Positions 60,656-64,000 of a stretch of DNA of 64,000 nucleotides are shown here, in pieces (within the stretch, counting starts at the first letter, position 1; each line of letters opens with the position of its first letter). Source of the DNA: Desulfuromonadales bacterium (lineage in GTDB: Bacteria > Desulfobacterota > Desulfuromonadia > Desulfuromonadales > BM103). The stretch is taken from positions 1,700 through 65,699 of the forward strand of contig JAVVDT010000001.1 of assembly GCA_032250875.1 (NCBI GenBank), given 5' to 3'. The translations under genes were made by a program, and so were the position numbers. A model generated the notes under the pieces. The model was not told the DNA's origin, ran no database searches, and saw nothing but the letters and a program-made list of their open reading frames with translations.

Positions 60656-60874
60656 TCAAGACCAGTAAATACACGCTGACGGGCAGTTGTCCATAGCCGC
60701 TTCGATCTTCTCTTCTGCTGCCCCGGTTGGATTGTGGACGATGGCTTTGCCATGGTCGTGGCCATGGTCATGATCGTGATCATCTTCGTCCATGCGGAAA
60801 ACTTCGGGGCAAACCTGGGTGCAGACTTCGCAACCGATGCAACAATCGGGATCAATCGCTGGGATTCTTGACAT
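60656..60874 (-). CDS. Single-cluster ferredoxin with His/Asp-rich insertion
   Basis: CIGCEVC...CPEVF...NCPSACI; DEDDHDHDHGHDHG insert. Confidence 0.85.
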   Translation of the reverse strand: MSRIPAIDPDCCIGCEVCTQVCPEVFRMDEDDHDHDHGHDHGKAIVHNPTGAAEEKIEAAMDNCPSACIYWS

Positions 60875-60948
60875 AGTTGAGACTCCAAGTCGTAATAATG
60901 CCGATATATTATCAAGCCGGCTTGCTTTTGACCAGATGTTCTTTCAGT

Positions 60949-60977
60949 TTGCCTGAATCAACGTATTTTCGTATACT
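60949..60977 (+). promoter_or_regulatory. Putative sigma70 promoter of the kinase/regulator pair
   Basis: TTGCCT-N17-TATACT. Confidence 0.45.
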
Positions 60978-61028
60978 TGCATTTGCCCTGTTTGTTCCCA
61001 AGGGCTATTTCCAGGCAGGCTGAATTAT

Positions 61029-61136
61029 AACGCAAAGATGCAGAGTCAAGTCGCAATGACGCAAAGAGAATTCATGGGTTAGCATTGTTATCTGCTCGGC
61101 GTCTTTAATCATCACTTTCAATGATTTCTCTGCGTT
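61029..61136. repeat. Degenerate palindromic intergenic element (AACGCAAAGA...TCTCTGCGTT)
   Basis: Imperfect terminal inverted repeats with internal CGCA(A/G)AG copies; related to 9231-9311. Confidence 0.45.
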
Positions 61137-61178
61137 AATTTTGTTAATATCTTTTCTTGTAGTAAAGATCGGCGGCCA

Positions 61179-62696
61179 ATGCGAACCGGGTTACGCACTG
61201 AAATAATTCTGAGTATTTCCCTACTGCTGGCGGCAGCGCTCCTTTTTGCAGGGTTCCTCCTGCTCAAGCTCACCGAACGCAATCTTCTGGATCAGCAACG
61301 CGTTCACGCCGCTGAAGTCATTCAACTGGTTGCCGCCGGGCTGGAAGCCCCCAATTCCTCGACTGATAACGTACTCAACATCAACCTGGCGGTTTCAGGT
61401 CTCAATCGTTTACAGACGGTGCTTAGCAAACAGGCAGACGTAGTTGCCTGGCGTTTGCTTGACATGAGCCTGCAGGTTCTTTCCAGTACGGCGTATGATA
61501 CCACCAGCCCGTTCCCTTCTGTTTCGCCATCCCTGTTGGAGCGTGACGAGATTTATGAACAGCTGAATTACGACTCGTTCCGCATGTTCCGTAGCTCGAA
61601 TGGTGAGAACTTCCTCGATCTTTCCATGCCGCTCTGGGCGGGTGTTGACGCCTATGGTTTGTTGCAAATCCGTTTCAGCCTGGCAGATTTACAGGAAAGG
61701 ATTCAGGGTGCGCAACGGCTGGTTTTGGGTTATGTGGTTATCTACGGGCTCGTGCTGGCTGCTTTCGGGATGTACCTTTTAAACCGTAATGTGGTCAAGC
61801 CGGTTCGCCAACTTCACCAGGCAACCACAGCGCTTGCCGCAGGCACCTTGACCTCTGTGAATGTGCGGTCCGGACCCGGTGAAATTCATGAACTGGCCGA
61901 CAGCTTTAACCAGATGGTGCAAGCGCTTGCCGCCAGCCGCGCAGAAACAGAAACGCATATCGAAACGCTTGAACAAACCAACGCAGCCTTGCAGAGAGCG
62001 CGTGATGATCTGGTGCGTTCCGAGAAGCTGGCCACAGTCGGTCACCTCGCCGCAGGGATGGCCCACGAAATTGGCAACCCGCTTGGCGCTGTGATTGGCT
62101 ATCTGAATATGCTAAAGGAAGATGTCTCTGGCCATGACCGTGACCTGGTAGAACGTTCATTGGCCGAGGCAGAGCGCATCGACCGCCTGGTACGTGAACT
62201 TCTCGAATACTCCTCCCCCATTGACAGGCAAACGGAATCGTTCTGCCCCGTTTCACTGTTGCGCGAGGCTGTCGAGATGCTGCGTCACCAGGGCCAGTTC
62301 GATGATGTCCAGGTCGATGACATCTGTGCAGATGCGTCCTGTCAGGTGTCGATGGATCGCAGCCAGTTGATGCAGGTGTTCATCAACCTTCTTCTCAACG
62401 CCCGTGATGCCATGCAGGGGCAGGGTCATATCACATTGGCGACTGAGCTGACTGCAGACTCAATCAGCATCTCAGTCACAGACAAAGGCGAGGGGATTGA
62501 CGCTGAGACAGTCAGTAAAGTATTTGAGCCTTTCTTTACCACCAAGGATCCGGGAAAGGGCTACGGGCTCGGCCTGGCCGTTTGTCAGAGAATTGTTGAT
62601 GCCAATGGAGGCAGCATTGCCGCCAGTTCCACGTCCGGGCAGGGCGCCTGCTTTACGGTCTCTTTGCCTTGTTTGCAGACGGAGAACAAGGAATGA
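61179..62696 (+). CDS. HAMP-domain sensor histidine kinase
   Basis: 2 TM, HAMP, AHEIGNP, NLLLNARDA and FFTTK...GYGLGL. Confidence 0.9.
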   Translation: MRTGLRTEIILSISLLLAAALLFAGFLLLKLTERNLLDQQRVHAAEVIQLVAAGLEAPNSSTDNVLNINLAVSGLNRLQTVLSKQADVVAWRLLDMSLQVLSSTAYDTTSPFPSVSPSLLERDEIYEQLNYDSFRMFRSSNGENFLDLSMPLWAGVDAYGLLQIRFSLADLQERIQGAQRLVLGYVVIYGLVLAAFGMYLLNRNVVKPVRQLHQATTALAAGTLTSVNVRSGPGEIHELADSFNQMVQALAASRAETETHIETLEQTNAALQRARDDLVRSEKLATVGHLAAGMAHEIGNPLGAVIGYLNMLKEDVSGHDRDLVERSLAEAERIDRLVRELLEYSSPIDRQTESFCPVSLLREAVEMLRHQGQFDDVQVDDICADASCQVSMDRSQLMQVFINLLLNARDAMQGQGHITLATELTADSISISVTDKGEGIDAETVSKVFEPFFTTKDPGKGYGLGLAVCQRIVDANGGSIAASSTSGQGACFTVSLPCLQTENKE

Positions 62697-64000
62697 ATAA
62701 ACAAGAGCGCCAGATTCTGATTGTCGATGATGAAGCACCGATGCGGCATATGCTGCGTATGGTCCTGGAGCGAGACGGTTATCTCGTCACAGAAGCGACC
62801 AGTGGTCGTCAAGGCCTGGATCGACTTAAATCTGGCCATTACGAATTGATCCTCTGTGATATTCGGATGCCTGAGATGGATGGACTGACTTTTCTCAAGG
62901 AAAAACAGGCCATGCAATACGGCGGGACCGTCATCATGATGAGCGCCTACGGCAGTATTGACACCGCGGTCGAATGCATGAAGCAGGGAGCTTATGATTA
63001 TATCTCCAAACCGTTTCGTCCGGATGAAATCCTGCTGACTGTGCGCAAGGCCGAAGAGCGCCTGCAGTTGCGCCATGAAAATGTCAAACTCAAAAAGGAT
63101 ATGAAGCGCAGTGCCCGACCTCAGGGTGTCTCAGCGATTGTGCATAGAAGTGCGATCATGGCGGATGTCCTGCAAACAATCAAAAAAGCAGCTGAAGCCC
63201 CGGCGCCGGTTCTGATCACCGGCCCGACGGGAACCGGAAAGGAATTGGTCGCCCGTGCACTGCATGCGGAAAGTTACCGTGGTGATAAACCCTTTTTGGC
63301 CGTCAACTGCAGTGCCATTCCGGCAGGTCTTTTGGAGAGTGAGCTATTCGGTCACGCCAAGGGGGCTTTTACCGGGGCGGATCGTGCCCGGACTGGCCTG
63401 TTTGGTGCGGCTGATGGTGGTACGCTTTTGCTCGATGAAATAGGTGATTTTCCGCTTGAACTGCAGCCGAAACTTCTCCGGGTTCTTCAGGAGAAGGAGC
63501 TTCGCCGGGTGGGAGAGAGTCAACCTGTCCCCGTCGATGTGCGCATTGTTGCGGCAACGGCCAAAGACCTGCGCCAGGCCGTTACAGAAGGAAGTTTCCG
63601 GGAAGACCTGTTCTACCGTCTGGCCGTTATTTCAATCGAACTGCCGGCGTTGAAAGAGCGTCCCGAGGATATCCCAGCGCTGGTTGAAAGTTACCTGCCG
63701 CGTATCGCCGCGCGCATGAAACGTCCTGTTCCCAAGGTGAGCCCTGAGGCTCTCCAGAAACTTTCCAGGCAGTCCTGGCAGGGCAATATCCGGGAATTGC
63801 TGAACGTTTTGGAAAAGACGCTGGTGTTGTGCCGTCATGAAACGATTGGCGAACAGGACCTGGTGCTTCTCGATCACCCCGAACCGACTGTTGATCCATC
63901 TGAGCTTTCCTTGAAAAAAGCTTTGGCCGCCATGGAAGAGGATTATATTCGAAAAGCCCTGCAGGTGACCGGCGGCAACCGCACCCAGGCGGCCAAAATT
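62693..64000 (+). CDS. sigma54-dependent response regulator (NtrC family; runs off window edge)
   Basis: Manual translation MNKQERQILIVDDE..., GPTGTGKE, ESELFGHAKGAFTGA and GGNRTQAAKI; ATG overlaps the kinase stop. Confidence 0.9.
   Translation, partial: MNKQERQILIVDDEAPMRHMLRMVLERDGYLVTEATSGRQGLDRLKSGHYELILCDIRMPEMDGLTFLKEKQAMQYGGTVIMMSAYGSIDTAVECMKQGAYDYISKPFRPDEILLTVRKAEERLQLRHENVKLKKDMKRSARPQGVSAIVHRSAIMADVLQTIKKAAEAPAPVLITGPTGTGKELVARALHAESYRGDKPFLAVNCSAIPAGLLESELFGHAKGAFTGADRARTGLFGAADGGTLLLDEIGDFPLELQPKLLRVLQEKELRRVGESQPVPVDVRIVAATAKDLRQAVTEGSFREDLFYRLAVISIELPALKERPEDIPALVESYLPRIAARMKRPVPKVSPEALQKLSRQSWQGNIRELLNVLEKTLVLCRHETIGEQDLVLLDHPEPTVDPSELSLKKALAAMEEDYIRKALQVTGGNRTQAAKI

Noticed and set aside
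60971-60977. GTATAC as a fourth TCA operator
   Set aside because: Only one half-site; explained as a TATACT -10 element
61029-61136. Possible c-di-GMP-I/cGAMP (GEMM) riboswitch, suggested by GACGCAAAG
   Set aside because: I could not find the upstream AAACC...GAAA tetraloop hairpin or a P3 stem. No GEMM element was seen by eye in the window; an Infernal search would be decisive

Overview
Anaerobic deltaproteobacterial (Desulfuromonadales/Geobacteraceae-like) chromosome segment; no rRNA, tRNA, CRISPR or transposase was seen. Left arm (minus strand): icd-mdh-korDAB TCA genes, a LysM lipoprotein, aspS and hisS. Next comes a cyclic-nucleotide signalling cluster downstream of comEC. Its Rec-GGDEF enzyme carries the 'Hypr' Asp->Ser signature of the 3',3'-cGAMP synthase GacA and overlaps head-to-tail with a secreted 826-aa TPR protein and a membrane class IIIb adenylate cyclase. 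Middle (about 20.0-49.5 kb, all plus strand): a large chemosensory/two-component island with cheY x3, cheR, cheA (MshEN-like motif), cheW x2, cheB, cheD, STAS, two MCPs, a soluble MCP-like protein, an orphan periplasmic binding protein, three histidine kinases, a sigma54 activator with a truncated twin, and a heme-c EAL protein. The island has recurring TGTCACA-N4-TGTGACA palindromes and non-canonical -24/-12 boxes. A compound microsatellite, built partly from the palindrome half-site, runs into the first palindrome. Right arm: acnB, a CBS/DUF294 protein, speB, bioA, dedA, an HD protein, an MFS transporter, a His-rich ferredoxin and a HAMP kinase/sigma54 regulator pair. A GTATACAGTAT box lies upstream of the three TCA transcription units. 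All calls come from reading the sequence by eye; no database searches were run.
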